64,000 nt of DNA from Tagaea sp. (GTDB lineage: Bacteria; Pseudomonadota; Alphaproteobacteria; CACIAM-22H2). The notes under the pieces were generated by a model. It saw only the letters and a program-made list of their open reading frames with translations. It ran no database searches and was not told the DNA's origin. The number at the start of each line of letters is the position of its first letter. The stretch's first letter is position 1. Below are positions 1 to 8,669 of this stretch, one piece after another. The DNA lies in the NCBI GenBank assembly GCA_965279525.1, contig CBDIIB010000005.1, positions 481,464-545,463 of the forward strand, given 5' to 3'. Position numbers and translations under genes: made by a program.

Positions 1-1867
1 GCACCGCCTCGTAAGGCGCCACGCCGCGCGTGCCGCAGGCTTCGAGTAGCGAGGAATGGAACCAGCCGCGATGCTGGTCCGAGCCTTCGAGATAGAGCGA
101 GGCCGGCCATTTGAGATCCCAGCCGGTCTTTTCCTTGGGCGGCTCGAGCGTGTAGGCGTGGCTCGACCCGCTGTCGAACCACACGTCGATCACGTCGCGG
201 ATCTGCTCGTAGGCTTCCGGATCGTAGCCGTTGCCCAGGAAGCGCGACGGCGGCGAGGCGTACCACGCGTCGGCGCCCTCGGCCTCGAAGGCGTCGGCGA
301 TGCGGTCGAACACCTTCTGGTCGCGCAGCAACTGGCCCGATTTCTTATCCACGAAGACGGCAATGGGAACGCCCCAGGCGCGTTGGCGCGAGATGCACCA
401 GTCGGGCCGCGTCTCGATCATCGAACGGATGCGGTTCTGCCCGCTGGCCGGCACCCAGCGCGTCGCCTCGATCGCGGCCAGCGCCTTGGCGCGCAAGTCG
501 TTCGTGGCCATCGAGATGAACCATTGCGGCGTATTGCGGAACAGGAGCGGCGCTTTCGAGCGCCACGAATGCGGATAGGAATGCACGAGCGTTCCCATCG
601 CCAGCAGCAGGCCGGTGGGATCGAGCGTGGCGATGACCGCCTTGTTGGCGTCGCCCGGCTTGCCGTGCGGCGTGTAGACGCGCTTGCCCGCGAACAGCGC
701 CACATGGTCGTAATAGGTGCCGTCGCCCGACACGGTCTGCGGCACTTCCACGCCGTGCTTGAGGCCCAGCTCGTAGTCGTCCTCGCCGTGGCCGGGTGCT
801 ATGTGCACGAAGCCCGTGCCCGCCTCGGTCGTCACGAAATCGCCGGTGAAGACCTTCACGTCGAAATCGTAGTAGCCGCCGGCACCTTCCATGCCGCGCA
901 GCGGATGCGCGCACACCGTGCCCGCCATTTCCGCACCCGTCGCGCGGTCGTCGAGCTCGACATTGACCTCGGCGATCTTCGCGGCCTCGACGAACTCGGT
1001 CACGAGCGCCTTGGCGACGAGATAGCGCTGGCCCTTTTTCGCGCGCGAATCCTCGTGCACGGACTTGACCGTCACGAGGTCGTATTCGATCTCGGCACCC
1101 GCCGCGATCGCGCGGTTGCCCGGGATGGTCCACGGCGTCGTCGTCCAGATGACGATGGAAGCGCCTGCGTGCGAGGGCTTCGCCGCCTTCACGACCGGGA
1201 AGGCGAGATGGATCGTCGAGGACTTGTGTTCGTGATACTCGATCTCGGCCTCGGCAAGTGCGGTCTTCTCGACGACCGACCACATCACGGGCTTGGAGCC
1301 GCGGAACAGGCCGCCATTCATCGCGAACTTGGCGATCTCGCGCGCGATCTGCGCCTCGGCCGGAAACGACATCGTCGAATAGGGATTGTCCCAGTCGCCG
1401 ACCACGCCCAGGCGCTTGAACTCGGCCTTCTGGATCTCGATCCACTTGGCGGCGAACTCGCGGCACTCGCGGCGGAACTCGACGATGTCGACCTTGTCCT
1501 TGTCCTTGCCCTTGGCGCGGTACTCCTCCTCGATCTTCCATTCGATCGGCAGGCCGTGGCAGTCCCAGCCGGGCACGTAGTCGGAATCGAGGCCGGACAT
1601 CTGGCGCGTGCGCACCACGACGTCCTTCAGGATCTTGTTGAGCGCGTGGCCGATATGCAGGTGCCCGTTGGCGTAGGGCGGGCCATCGTGCAGCACGAAC
1701 TTCTCGCGGCCCTTCGAGACCGCACGCTGGCGCTTGTAGAGCGCAAGCGTGTCCCAGCGCGCCAGCGTGTCGGGCTCGCGCTTGGGCAGGTCGCCGCGCA
1801 TCGGGAACGCGGTCTGCGGCAGGAAGACGGTCGACTTGTAATCGGCGGGCTTGGCGGGTGCGGACAT
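1..1867 (-). CDS. ileS: Isoleucine--tRNA ligase, N-terminal ~622 codons; the 3' end runs off the window start
   Basis: Absent from the ORF track because it has no in-window stop. My reverse-strand translation from the ATG (complement of 1865-1867) gives MSAPAKPADYKSTVFLPQTAFPMRGDLPKREP...EKFVLHDGPPYANGHLHIGHALNKILKD (class I HIGH motif, in frame) and stays open to position 1. Confidence 0.92.
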   Translation of the reverse strand, partial: MSAPAKPADYKSTVFLPQTAFPMRGDLPKREPDTLARWDTLALYKRQRAVSKGREKFVLHDGPPYANGHLHIGHALNKILKDVVVRTRQMSGLDSDYVPGWDCHGLPIEWKIEEEYRAKGKDKDKVDIVEFRRECREFAAKWIEIQKAEFKRLGVVGDWDNPYSTMSFPAEAQIAREIAKFAMNGGLFRGSKPVMWSVVEKTALAEAEIEYHEHKSSTIHLAFPVVKAAKPSHAGASIVIWTTTPWTIPGNRAIAAGAEIEYDLVTVKSVHEDSRAKKGQRYLVAKALVTEFVEAAKIAEVNVELDDRATGAEMAGTVCAHPLRGMEGAGGYYDFDVKVFTGDFVTTEAGTGFVHIAPGHGEDDYELGLKHGVEVPQTVSGDGTYYDHVALFAGKRVYTPHGKPGDANKAVIATLDPTGLLLAMGTLVHSYPHSWRSKAPLLFRNTPQWFISMATNDLRAKALAAIEATRWVPASGQNRIRSMIETRPDWCISRQRAWGVPIAVFVDKKSGQLLRDQKVFDRIADAFEAEGADAWYASPPSRFLGNGYDPEAYEQIRDVIDVWFDSGSSHAYTLEPPKEKTGWDLKWPASLYLEGSDQHRGWFHSSLLEACGTRGVAPYEAV

Positions 1868-1890
1868 CGGACGGACGGCTCCGGATCGGA

Positions 1891-2166
1891 TCAGGCGGCG
1901 AGAGAACGGCGATACGTGTCGAGATCGACGCGCTCGACATGCACGAGGGATTGCAGCACGTCGCGCACATGCGCGGCGACGTCGTCTTCAAGCCCGCGGC
2001 ACTCGACGTCGATGGTCAGCATGCCGTCGACGACACGCGCGAGGAACCGTTCGGGCAGCAGGTCGCGTTTGGCGAACTGGTCGAGCACGCGCGCGGGCAA
2101 GCCGACATTCGGCTGGGCGACCACGGCGAAGAAACGCACGCTATCGGCGGGATTGGCTTGGGACAT
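1891..2166 (-). CDS. Small (91 aa) ACT-like domain protein of unknown function, 23 nt upstream of ileS
   Basis: Part of ORF 1891..2211(-). I prefer the internal ATG (complement of 2164-2166) because GGAG lies about 11 nt upstream. VRFFAVVAQPNVGLPARVLDQFAKRDLLPERF...LTIDVEC...HVRDVLQSLVHVERVDL resembles the IlvN/IlvH-type ACT fold pattern. Assignment is by eye only. Confidence 0.5.
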   Translation of the reverse strand: MSQANPADSVRFFAVVAQPNVGLPARVLDQFAKRDLLPERFLARVVDGMLTIDVECRGLEDDVAAHVRDVLQSLVHVERVDLDTYRRSLAA

Positions 2167-2342
2167 GACGCAGACACTCCACAGGGGCAACGAAGGCACG
2201 AATCGACGCATCCCGGTTCTCGACGAGAACCGGGCGGTTAATTCGCCCCTGCGGGCCGAAGGTGAAGCGATCGGGCGTCATCGGTCGGCACTATAGACGG
2301 TGACGGAAGCCCGTCAACCGGACGGGATCGCCGCAAAAGTTG

Positions 2343-2379
2343 GTTGACGGCAGTTGACGAGCGTTGACCGTCAACTGCC
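2343..2379. repeat. Phased GTTGAC array: three direct copies plus one inverted copy, embedded in a 10-bp perfect inverted repeat
   Basis: GTTGAC at 2343, 2353 and 2363 (exactly 10-bp spacing) and GTCAAC at 2370. GGCAGTTGAC (2349-2358) is the reverse complement of GTCAACTGCC (2370-2379). Confidence 0.6.
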
Positions 2380-2513
2380 TAACCCTTTGATTCCGCTCGG
2401 AGGTGACGGGATGACGGCGGAATTTTCCTGTCACATGTAGGGCGGTCGGAATCGACATCGGTCAGCCTTCAGCAATATTTACGATATATAACCTATAATA
2501 GGAAAAATCGCAA

Positions 2514-3230
2514 TCAGATTTTATCCGGCCCGGCGCGGCGGACGAGTTCGGCGCGCTCTTCGGCGCTGAGGGCTCTGAGGCCGACGGGAACGTTGCCGAC
2601 GAGGAACCGCGACACGGCGCCGCTCGCGTCGACGAGCGGCAGCACGATGCGCTGCCACGACCGCGCCGACAGGAAGCTCGGCGAGAAATGCTCGCTGTAG
2701 ATGGGCCGGCGCGACAGCAGCGAGGCGCGGTACATCGCCCGGTAGTAGGACCCGAAGCGCAGTTTCGTCTTTTCGCACATCGCGGCGACCGACCAGCCGG
2801 TCCAGTCCTGCCCGGCCACGCCGGCGATGCCCGACCCATAGAGCCGGTAGACGAAGTCGTCGCCCGACGGCAGGACGTCGAGCAGCAGGATGTAGCCGAG
2901 CGCCGGGCGCATCTGCACGGGATCGACGGATTCCTGCGCCGGCAGATCGCGCGGGCACGGCAGGCCGTGCCAGTAGTCGTACAGGAAGCGCAAGGTTGGA
3001 TGATCGAGTGTGCCGGCACCCGGATCGGGCCGGATCGTCGGCCCCGGAACGCCGGCGGCGGCAAAATCGCCGTCGAACATTCCGGTCTCTCCGGCAAGGA
3101 TGGCGCGCGCGAACGCATCGATGCGCGCGTGATCGCCGGGCGGCGGCACGAAAGCGACCGGCGCATGAGGGAACGCCGGCGCCTCGTGGAGCGGCTGACC
3201 AAATTTCCCGTCGCCCGTGCCGGCCGGCAT
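2514..3230 (-). CDS. PAS_5/DUF1457-like PAS-domain protein (hypothetical)
   Basis: ORF 2514..3230(-). LRFLYDYWHGLPCPRDLPAQESVDPVQMRPALGYILLLDVLPSGDDFVYRLYGSGIAGVAGQDWTG matches the small alphaproteobacterial PAS-like family as I recall it. It starts 8 nt after the pheT stop. Confidence 0.6.
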   Translation of the reverse strand: MPAGTGDGKFGQPLHEAPAFPHAPVAFVPPPGDHARIDAFARAILAGETGMFDGDFAAAGVPGPTIRPDPGAGTLDHPTLRFLYDYWHGLPCPRDLPAQESVDPVQMRPALGYILLLDVLPSGDDFVYRLYGSGIAGVAGQDWTGWSVAAMCEKTKLRFGSYYRAMYRASLLSRRPIYSEHFSPSFLSARSWQRIVLPLVDASGAVSRFLVGNVPVGLRALSAEERAELVRRAGPDKI

Positions 3231-3237
3231 CGCCGGT

Positions 3238-5640
3238 CTACGCCCGGAGACTCGCCCCCGTCGCCTTGGCGACGGCGGCGACGATCTTCGTGGCGACGGC
3301 TTCCAGGTCCTCGTCGGTCAGCGTGCGCTCGACGGGCTGCAGGCGCACGGCGATGGCGACCGACTTGCGGCCGTCGGCCACACCCTTGCCGCGATAGACG
3401 TCGAACACGCTGGCACCCGCGATCAGCGCCTTGTCGGCGGATTTGGCTGCACGCAGGATCGCGTCGGCCGCCACAGCTTCGTCGACGACGAAGGCGAAAT
3501 CGCGTTCGACCGGCTGCAACGTCGCGAGCTTCAGCGCCGGGCGCTGGCGGCCCGCCTTGGCCTTGGGTGCCGGCAGCGCATCGAGGAACACCTCGCACGC
3601 GACGATCGGGAAATCGATGTCGAGCACCTTCAGCGCTTCGGGATGCAGCTCGCCGAACTGGGCGAGCACCGTCTTGGGCCCGAGCTTCAGCACGCCCGAG
3701 CGCCCCGGATGGAACCAGCCCGGGGCCTCGCGCGCCACGGCCACGTTCTCGATCGACAGGCCAAGCTGCTGGAGCAACGCGAGCGCATCGCCCTTGGCGT
3801 CGAACGCGTCGACATTGCGCGCCGTCTGCCCCCAGTGGCGGCCCACGGCCGAGCCGGCGCGCACGCACGTGGCGACCATGCGCTGCCCGGTCTCGGAAGG
3901 ATCGTGGAAGATCGGGCCGACCTCGAACAGCGCGCTGTCCGGCCAGCCGCGATCGGCGTTGCGCCTGGCGGCATTGGCAAGGTTGGGGATGACCGACGGG
4001 CGCATGTAATCGAGATCGGCGCTGATCGGGTTGGCGAGTGCCAGCTTCGGGTTCGTGCCGCCGAAGGGCGTGGCGTGGCTTGCCTGCATGAACGAGAACG
4101 TCACCGCCTCGACGAGGCCCAGTCCCGCAAGCACGCGCTTGGCATCGCGCACGCGGCGCTGCGCGGGCGTGAGGGCGAGCGGCGGCATCGCGGTGTCGCG
4201 CGGCAGGCGCGCCGGCTGAATCGAATCGTAGCCGATGATGCGGATGACCTCTTCCACCAGATCGGCTTCGCCGTGCACGTCGGCACGCCAGGCCGGCGGG
4301 GAAACTTCGGACGCGTTGCCCTTGTCGGCGACCGTGAAGCCGAGTGCGCCGAGGATGCGCGCCTGCTCGGCCTTCGGCACGTCGAGCCCGCCAAGCGTGG
4401 CGCAGCGTTCGGGGCGCAGCGTGTAGCTGCGCTTCCATTCGGGTACGGCACCGGTGACGACCGGCTCGGAACATTCGCCGCCGCACAGTTCGAGGATCAG
4501 CTTCGTCGCGGCTTCCATGCCGTCGATCACGGCGGCGGGATCGAGGCCGCGCTCGAAGCGGTAGCGCGCGTCGGACAGGATCTGGTGGTGCCGGCCGGTC
4601 ATCGCCACGCGGATCGGGTCGAACAGCGCCACTTCGAGGAACATCTCGGTCGTGTCGGGGCCGCATCCCGTGGTCGTCCCGCCCATCAGGCCACCCATCG
4701 AGACGGGCTCGCCGGTGCCGTCGCAGATCAGCGTCTCGCCGCCGGCCATCGTGTAGGCCTTGTTGTTGAGCGCGGAGAAAACCTCGCCGCCCTTGGCCGG
4801 CTTCAGGACCAGATCGCCCTTGAGCTTGCCGGCGTCGAACACATGCAGCGGGCGGTTGATGTCGAGCGTGAAGAAATTGGTGATGTCGACGAGCGTGGAG
4901 ATGGGCCGCAAGCCCACCGCGATCAACCGGTCGGCCAGCCATTTGGGCGACGGGCCGTTCTTGAGGCCGCGGAAATGCCGGCCGACGAAAAGCGGGCAAT
5001 GGCCCGGCTCGGCCAGCTCGAAGCGCACGCCGACGGGCGACTTGTACTTGCCGGGAACCTTCGCGACGGGTGCGGGCTTGAGCGTGCCGATGCCGGCGGC
5101 GGCAAGATCGCGCGCGATGCCGCGCACGCCGAGGCAATCGGCGCGGTTGGGCGTGATCGCGATGTCGATGACCGGATCGTCGTAACCGAGCAGTTCGGCG
5201 AACGGCTTGCCGACGGGTGCGTCGGCCGGCAGATCGATGATGCCGTCATGGTCTTCGCCAAGGCCCATCTCGCGCATCGACACGAGCATGCCGTTGGAAG
5301 CCTGGCCACGGATCTGGCCGGCCTTCAGCAGAAGACCCGTACCCGGAACGGTCGAGCCGACGGGCGCGAACACGCCCTTCATGCCGGTGCGCGCGTTGGG
5401 CGCCCCGCACACGACCTGCACGATGCCCGCCCCCGTATCGACCGTACACACGCGCAGCCGGTCGGCGTCGGGATGGGGTTTCGCTTCGATCACATGCGCG
5501 ACCTTGAAGGCGGCCAGCGCCTTTGCGCGATCCTCGATCCCTTCGAGTTCGAGGCCGATCGCCGTCAGCGCCTTGGCGATGTCGTCGATCGAGGCCGTCG
5601 TGTCGAGATGCGTCTTGAGCCAGGAGAGCGTGAACTTCAT
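3238..5640 (-). CDS. pheT: Phenylalanine--tRNA ligase beta subunit
   Basis: 800-aa [17 protein letters not shown]...[27 protein letters not shown] (tRNA-binding domain), then B3/4 and B5 regions. ATGA overlap with pheS. Confidence 0.97.
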   Translation of the reverse strand: MKFTLSWLKTHLDTTASIDDIAKALTAIGLELEGIEDRAKALAAFKVAHVIEAKPHPDADRLRVCTVDTGAGIVQVVCGAPNARTGMKGVFAPVGSTVPGTGLLLKAGQIRGQASNGMLVSMREMGLGEDHDGIIDLPADAPVGKPFAELLGYDDPVIDIAITPNRADCLGVRGIARDLAAAGIGTLKPAPVAKVPGKYKSPVGVRFELAEPGHCPLFVGRHFRGLKNGPSPKWLADRLIAVGLRPISTLVDITNFFTLDINRPLHVFDAGKLKGDLVLKPAKGGEVFSALNNKAYTMAGGETLICDGTGEPVSMGGLMGGTTTGCGPDTTEMFLEVALFDPIRVAMTGRHHQILSDARYRFERGLDPAAVIDGMEAATKLILELCGGECSEPVVTGAVPEWKRSYTLRPERCATLGGLDVPKAEQARILGALGFTVADKGNASEVSPPAWRADVHGEADLVEEVIRIIGYDSIQPARLPRDTAMPPLALTPAQRRVRDAKRVLAGLGLVEAVTFSFMQASHATPFGGTNPKLALANPISADLDYMRPSVIPNLANAARRNADRGWPDSALFEVGPIFHDPSETGQRMVATCVRAGSAVGRHWGQTARNVDAFDAKGDALALLQQLGLSIENVAVAREAPGWFHPGRSGVLKLGPKTVLAQFGELHPEALKVLDIDFPIVACEVFLDALPAPKAKAGRQRPALKLATLQPVERDFAFVVDEAVAADAILRAAKSADKALIAGASVFDVYRGKGVADGRKSVAIAVRLQPVERTLTDEDLEAVATKIVAAVAKATGASLRA

Positions 5641-6716
5641 CGCGCGAGACCGCCGGAAAGGGTGGGAACGTCGACGGCAAGGAAGCCGTAGTGCTTGAGC
5701 CAGCGCAGGTCGGCTTCATAGAAGGTGCGAAGGTCGGGGATGCCGTATTTGAGCATCGCCACGCGCTCGATCCCCATGCCGAAGGCAAAGCCCTGGTATT
5801 GGTCGGGATCGATGCCGCACATCGCGAGCACCTTGGGGTTCACCATCCCGCAGCCGAGGATCTCGAGCCAGTCGTCGCCGACACCGAGCTTCAGCTCGCC
5901 GCCGCCGCGCGTGCAGGCGATGTCCATCTCGGCCGACGGCTCGGTGAAGGGGAAGTAGCTCGGCCGGAAGCGGTAGCGCAGGTCCGGGATCTCGAAGTAG
6001 GCACGCACGAATTCCACGAGGCAGCCCTTGAGGTGGCCCATGTGCGTGGTCTTGTCGATGACGAGACCTTCGATCTGGTGGAAGTTCGGCGAGTGCGTCG
6101 CGTCGGAGTCCGACCGGTAGGTGCGCCCCGGCGCGATGACCCGGATCGGCGGCTTCTGCGCCAGCATCGAGCGCACCTGCACGGGGCTGGTGTGCGTGCG
6201 CAGCACGTTGCCGTATTGCTGGCCGTCCTCGCCGACCAGATAGAACGTGTCGTGGCTCTGGCGGGCCGGATGCTCGGGCGGGATGTTGAGGCGCGTGAAG
6301 TTGTAATCGTCGCTCTCGATGTCCGGCCCTTCGGCGACCGCGAAACCCATCTCGCCGAAGATCGCGACCAGTTCGTCGATCGTCTGGCTGATCGGATGGA
6401 TGCGGCCTTCGGGCGTCGAACGTACGGGAAGCGACACGTCGACCGTCTCGGCGGCAAGCCGCGCATCGAGGGCGGCACCTTCGAGGGATGCCTTGCGCGC
6501 GTCGAGGCGGTTGGCGAGCGCATCCTTCAGAACGTTGAACGCGGCCCCGCGCGCCTTGCGCTCGTCCGCGGGCAGCGTGCCAAGCGTCTTCATCAGCTCG
6601 GTCACGCGGCCCTTCTTGCCGAGCGTTTCCACGCGCACGGCGTCGAGCGCTTCGAGGCTGGCGGCCGCGTCGATCTTCGCGGCGATCTCGGTTTCGATCT
6701 GCGTCAGGTCGTCCAT
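5637..6716 (-). CDS. pheS: Phenylalanine--tRNA ligase alpha subunit
   Basis: Internal ATG (complement of 6714-6716) of ORF 5637..6851. [18 protein letters not shown]...[19 protein letters not shown]...[12 protein letters not shown]...[14 protein letters not shown]. Confidence 0.95.
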   Translation of the reverse strand: MDDLTQIETEIAAKIDAAASLEALDAVRVETLGKKGRVTELMKTLGTLPADERKARGAAFNVLKDALANRLDARKASLEGAALDARLAAETVDVSLPVRSTPEGRIHPISQTIDELVAIFGEMGFAVAEGPDIESDDYNFTRLNIPPEHPARQSHDTFYLVGEDGQQYGNVLRTHTSPVQVRSMLAQKPPIRVIAPGRTYRSDSDATHSPNFHQIEGLVIDKTTHMGHLKGCLVEFVRAYFEIPDLRYRFRPSYFPFTEPSAEMDIACTRGGGELKLGVGDDWLEILGCGMVNPKVLAMCGIDPDQYQGFAFGMGIERVAMLKYGIPDLRTFYEADLRWLKHYGFLAVDVPTLSGGLAR

Positions 6717-6741
6717 GAACTCGTCACCGGTCTTGAAACGG

Positions 6742-6775
6742 AAAAAGGGGGCCCGGCCTTGAAGGCCAGACCCCC
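6742..6775 (-). terminator. Rho-independent terminator after rplT
   Basis: The minus strand reads GGGGGTCTGGCC-TTCAA-GGCCGGGCCCCC followed by TTTTT (two G-U wobbles in the stem). Confidence 0.7.
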
Positions 6776-6813
6776 TCTGTCGGGTCGAAAGCGTCTTTAG
6801 ACGAAAAGACGGC

Positions 6814-7167
6814 TTAGAGGGCGGCCTTGGCCTTCGCAACCAAGGCGCCAAAACCCTGCGGATCGGTCATCGCGATGTTGGCCAGCACCTTGCGATCGAT
6901 CTCGATCGAGGCCTTCTTGAGGCCGGCGATCAGGTTCGAGTAGGTGAGGCCGTGCTCGCGCGCACCGGCATTGATGCGCTGGATCCAGAGTGCCCGGAAT
7001 TCGCGCTTCTTGTTGCGACGGTCGCGGTAGGCGTACTGCAGGCCCTTCTCAAGGCGCTGGAGTGCCGCACGGAACGTTGTGCCGCTCCGGCCCACATAGC
7101 CGGAAGCGAGGTCGACGACTTTCTTGTGGCGCGCACGCCCGGTGACGCCACGTTTTACACGAGCCAT
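6814..7167 (-). CDS. rplT: 50S ribosomal protein L20
   Basis: [24 protein letters not shown]...[33 protein letters not shown] lies upstream. Confidence 0.97.
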   Translation of the reverse strand: MARVKRGVTGRARHKKVVDLASGYVGRSGTTFRAALQRLEKGLQYAYRDRRNKKREFRALWIQRINAGAREHGLTYSNLIAGLKKASIEIDRKVLANIAMTDPQGFGALVAKAKAAL

Positions 7168-7189
7168 TTTGTCTCTCCTTGCGTGCGGA

Positions 7190-7390
7190 TCAGGCGTACG
7201 GGAGGAAGAAGCGCTTCACGCGCACTTCCTCGCCATGCGTCAGCGCGGAGGTGCCGCGCGACGAACGCTTCACCTTCTGGGGGCGCTTGCGCATGCCATG
7301 GCGCCGTCCGACCGCTGCGGCGAGAACCTTGCCGCTGGCCGTGACTTTGAACCGCTTCTTGGCGGCCGACTTGGTCTTCATCTTGGGCAT
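7190..7390 (-). CDS. rpmI: 50S ribosomal protein L35
   Basis: Internal ATG (complement of 7388-7390) of ORF 7190..7477. [22 protein letters not shown]... AAGGAG is 7 nt upstream. Confidence 0.95.
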   Translation of the reverse strand: MPKMKTKSAAKKRFKVTASGKVLAAAVGRRHGMRKRPQKVKRSSRGTSALTHGEEVRVKRFFLPYA

Positions 7391-7512
7391 TTGAAACTCC
7401 TTCGTAAGTTCCGAGCGGTTGGGCATGCCCTGTTGGAATGCGCTCCGGTCGGGGTCCCGAAGGTCCCCGAACGGCATTCCGCGCCGTGGCCGCTCCTGTT
7501 TGGAGGTCGCGG

Positions 7513-7541
7513 GTTATACAAGGGGGGCAGGGACTTGGCAA
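7513..7541 (-). promoter_or_regulatory. Candidate sigma-70 promoter for rpmI-rplT
   Basis: The minus strand reads TTGCCA-N17-TATAAC, about 115 nt upstream of the rpmI ATG. Confidence 0.4.
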
Positions 7542-7767
7542 GCGGCCCCGGACGGACGGCGATTTCCCTTGTAAATCAGCCGTCAAAGTGGTCTTTGCGC
7601 CCCACGATCCTTTCTCTGGCCTGCCTCTTGGCGGCTTGCCCCTTCGGGGGTCCACCCTGGTCACACCCAGAAATCCGGTCGTCCAAAGCCGCATGCATCC
7701 TGCGTGCGGCGAGAATCGTCCGCGTTCCGGCTTGGCCGGGCGCGCGGGCAAACCCATGGAGGCCGAG

Positions 7768-7971
7768 ATGGCTGATGGCAAAGTGAAGTGGTTCAACGCG
7801 ACGAAGGGCTTCGGCTTCATCGTCCCGACCGACGGTACGCAGGACGTGTTCGTCCATATCAGCGCCGTCGAGCGCGCGGGTCTCAAGACCCTCGCCGAAG
7901 GCCAGGAAGTCTCGTTCGACCTCGTCCGCGATCGCGGCAAGACGTCGGCGGGCAACCTCAAGGTCGCCTAA
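7768..7971 (+). CDS. Cold-shock protein (CspA family)
   Basis: [35 protein letters not shown] (RNP1/RNP2 motifs). GGAGG is 6 nt upstream. Internal start of ORF 7438..7971. Confidence 0.95.
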   Translation: MADGKVKWFNATKGFGFIVPTDGTQDVFVHISAVERAGLKTLAEGQEVSFDLVRDRGKTSAGNLKVA

Positions 7972-7991
7972 GCACCCTTACCGGTGCGACG

Positions 7992-8021
7992 AAAAAGGGC
8001 CCCTCGCGGGGCCCTTTTTTT
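7992..8021. terminator. Bidirectional intrinsic terminator between csp (+) and infC (-)
   Basis: AAAAA-GGGCCCC-TCG-CGGGGCCC-TTTTTTT: a GC stem flanked by an A-tract and a T-tract. Confidence 0.75.
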
Positions 8022-8045
8022 GTCGCCGGCGATGGGAGAGCACCG

Positions 8046-8588
8046 TTATTTGGGTGCCACGACCATCGTCATCTGGCGGCCTTCCATGCGCGGGTGCGCC
8101 TCGACCTTCACGAGCTGGCCGAGATCTTCCTTCAGGCGGTCGAGCAGCAGGTGGCCGAGTTCCTGGTGGACCATCTCGCGGCCCCGGAAACGCAGCGTCA
8201 CCTTGACCTTGTCGCCTTCTTCGATGAAGCGGATCATCGCGCGCTTCTTGACGTCGTAGTCGTGATCGTCGATGCCCGGGCGCATCTTGATCTCCTTGAT
8301 CTCGATGACCTTCTGCTTCTTGCGGGCCTCGTTGGCCTTCTTCTGCTGCTCGTACTTGAACTTGCCGAAGTCGAGCAGCTTGGCGACGGGCGGTTCGGCG
8401 TTGGGGCTCACCTCGACCACGTCGAGGCCGGCATCCCAGCCGAGCTGCAGGGCGTCGAAGACGTTCACGACACCGAGCATCTCGCCCTCCGCGCCGATCA
8501 GGCGCAGGTCGGCCGATTCGATTTCGTCATTGATGCGCGGGCCATCCTTGGCGGGCGCTGATTCCTGGGTCGGACGGGCGATGGCAAT
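8046..8588 (-). CDS. infC: Translation initiation factor IF-3, probably with a non-canonical ATT start
   Basis: ORF 8046..8480 begins mid-protein ([26 protein letters not shown]). The frame stays open upstream to a TGA and reads (ATT)[38 protein letters not shown] is the complement of 8586-8588 and is preceded by AAAGG. AUU starts are the established autoregulatory feature of infC. Confidence 0.85.
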   Translation of the reverse strand: MAIARPTQESAPAKDGPRINDEIESADLRLIGAEGEMLGVVNVFDALQLGWDAGLDVVEVSPNAEPPVAKLLDFGKFKYEQQKKANEARKKQKVIEIKEIKMRPGIDDHDYDVKKRAMIRFIEEGDKVKVTLRFRGREMVHQELGHLLLDRLKEDLGQLVKVEAHPRMEGRQMTMVVAPK

Positions 8589-8615
8589 TACCTTTCAGCA
8601 GTTGGAAACCGGGCG

Positions 8616-8643
8616 AATTTACGCGCGCAGGCCGGCAAGTCAA
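8616..8643 (-). promoter_or_regulatory. Candidate sigma-70 promoter for infC
   Basis: The minus strand reads TTGACT-N16-TAAATT, about 25 nt upstream of the ATT. The -35 sits between two direct copies of GGCCGGCAAG (8631-8640 and 8645-8654 on the + strand). Confidence 0.4.
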
Positions 8644-8669
8644 GGCCGGCAAGCCAAACACGGGGCAAG

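Noticed and set aside
56-2296. 746-aa plus-strand ORF (and 345..1991 minus) covering the first 2.3 kb
   Set aside because: Arg/Ala/Gly/His-rich low-complexity translation with no family motifs. The same DNA encodes an unmistakable IleRS N-terminus in another minus-strand frame, so this is a shadow ORF typical of GC-rich DNA.
2167-2513. T-box or other known tRNA-synthetase leader upstream of ileS
   Set aside because: I saw no T-box consensus (AANNNGGGTGGNACCGCG-like element) or specifier-loop architecture, and T-boxes are not expected in alphaproteobacteria. The region is reported instead as an unexplained motif array.
5637-6851. N-terminal extensions of many track ORFs, for example pheS 404 aa, znuC 403 aa, M16 peptidase 521 aa, SDR 510 aa, livG 821 aa and gcvH 280 aa
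   Set aside because: The extensions are Arg/Pro-rich, overlap the upstream gene, and lack homology-like sequence. Internal ATG or GTG codons with Shine-Dalgarno motifs, or ATGA/TGATG coupling to the upstream stop, give family-typical N-termini.
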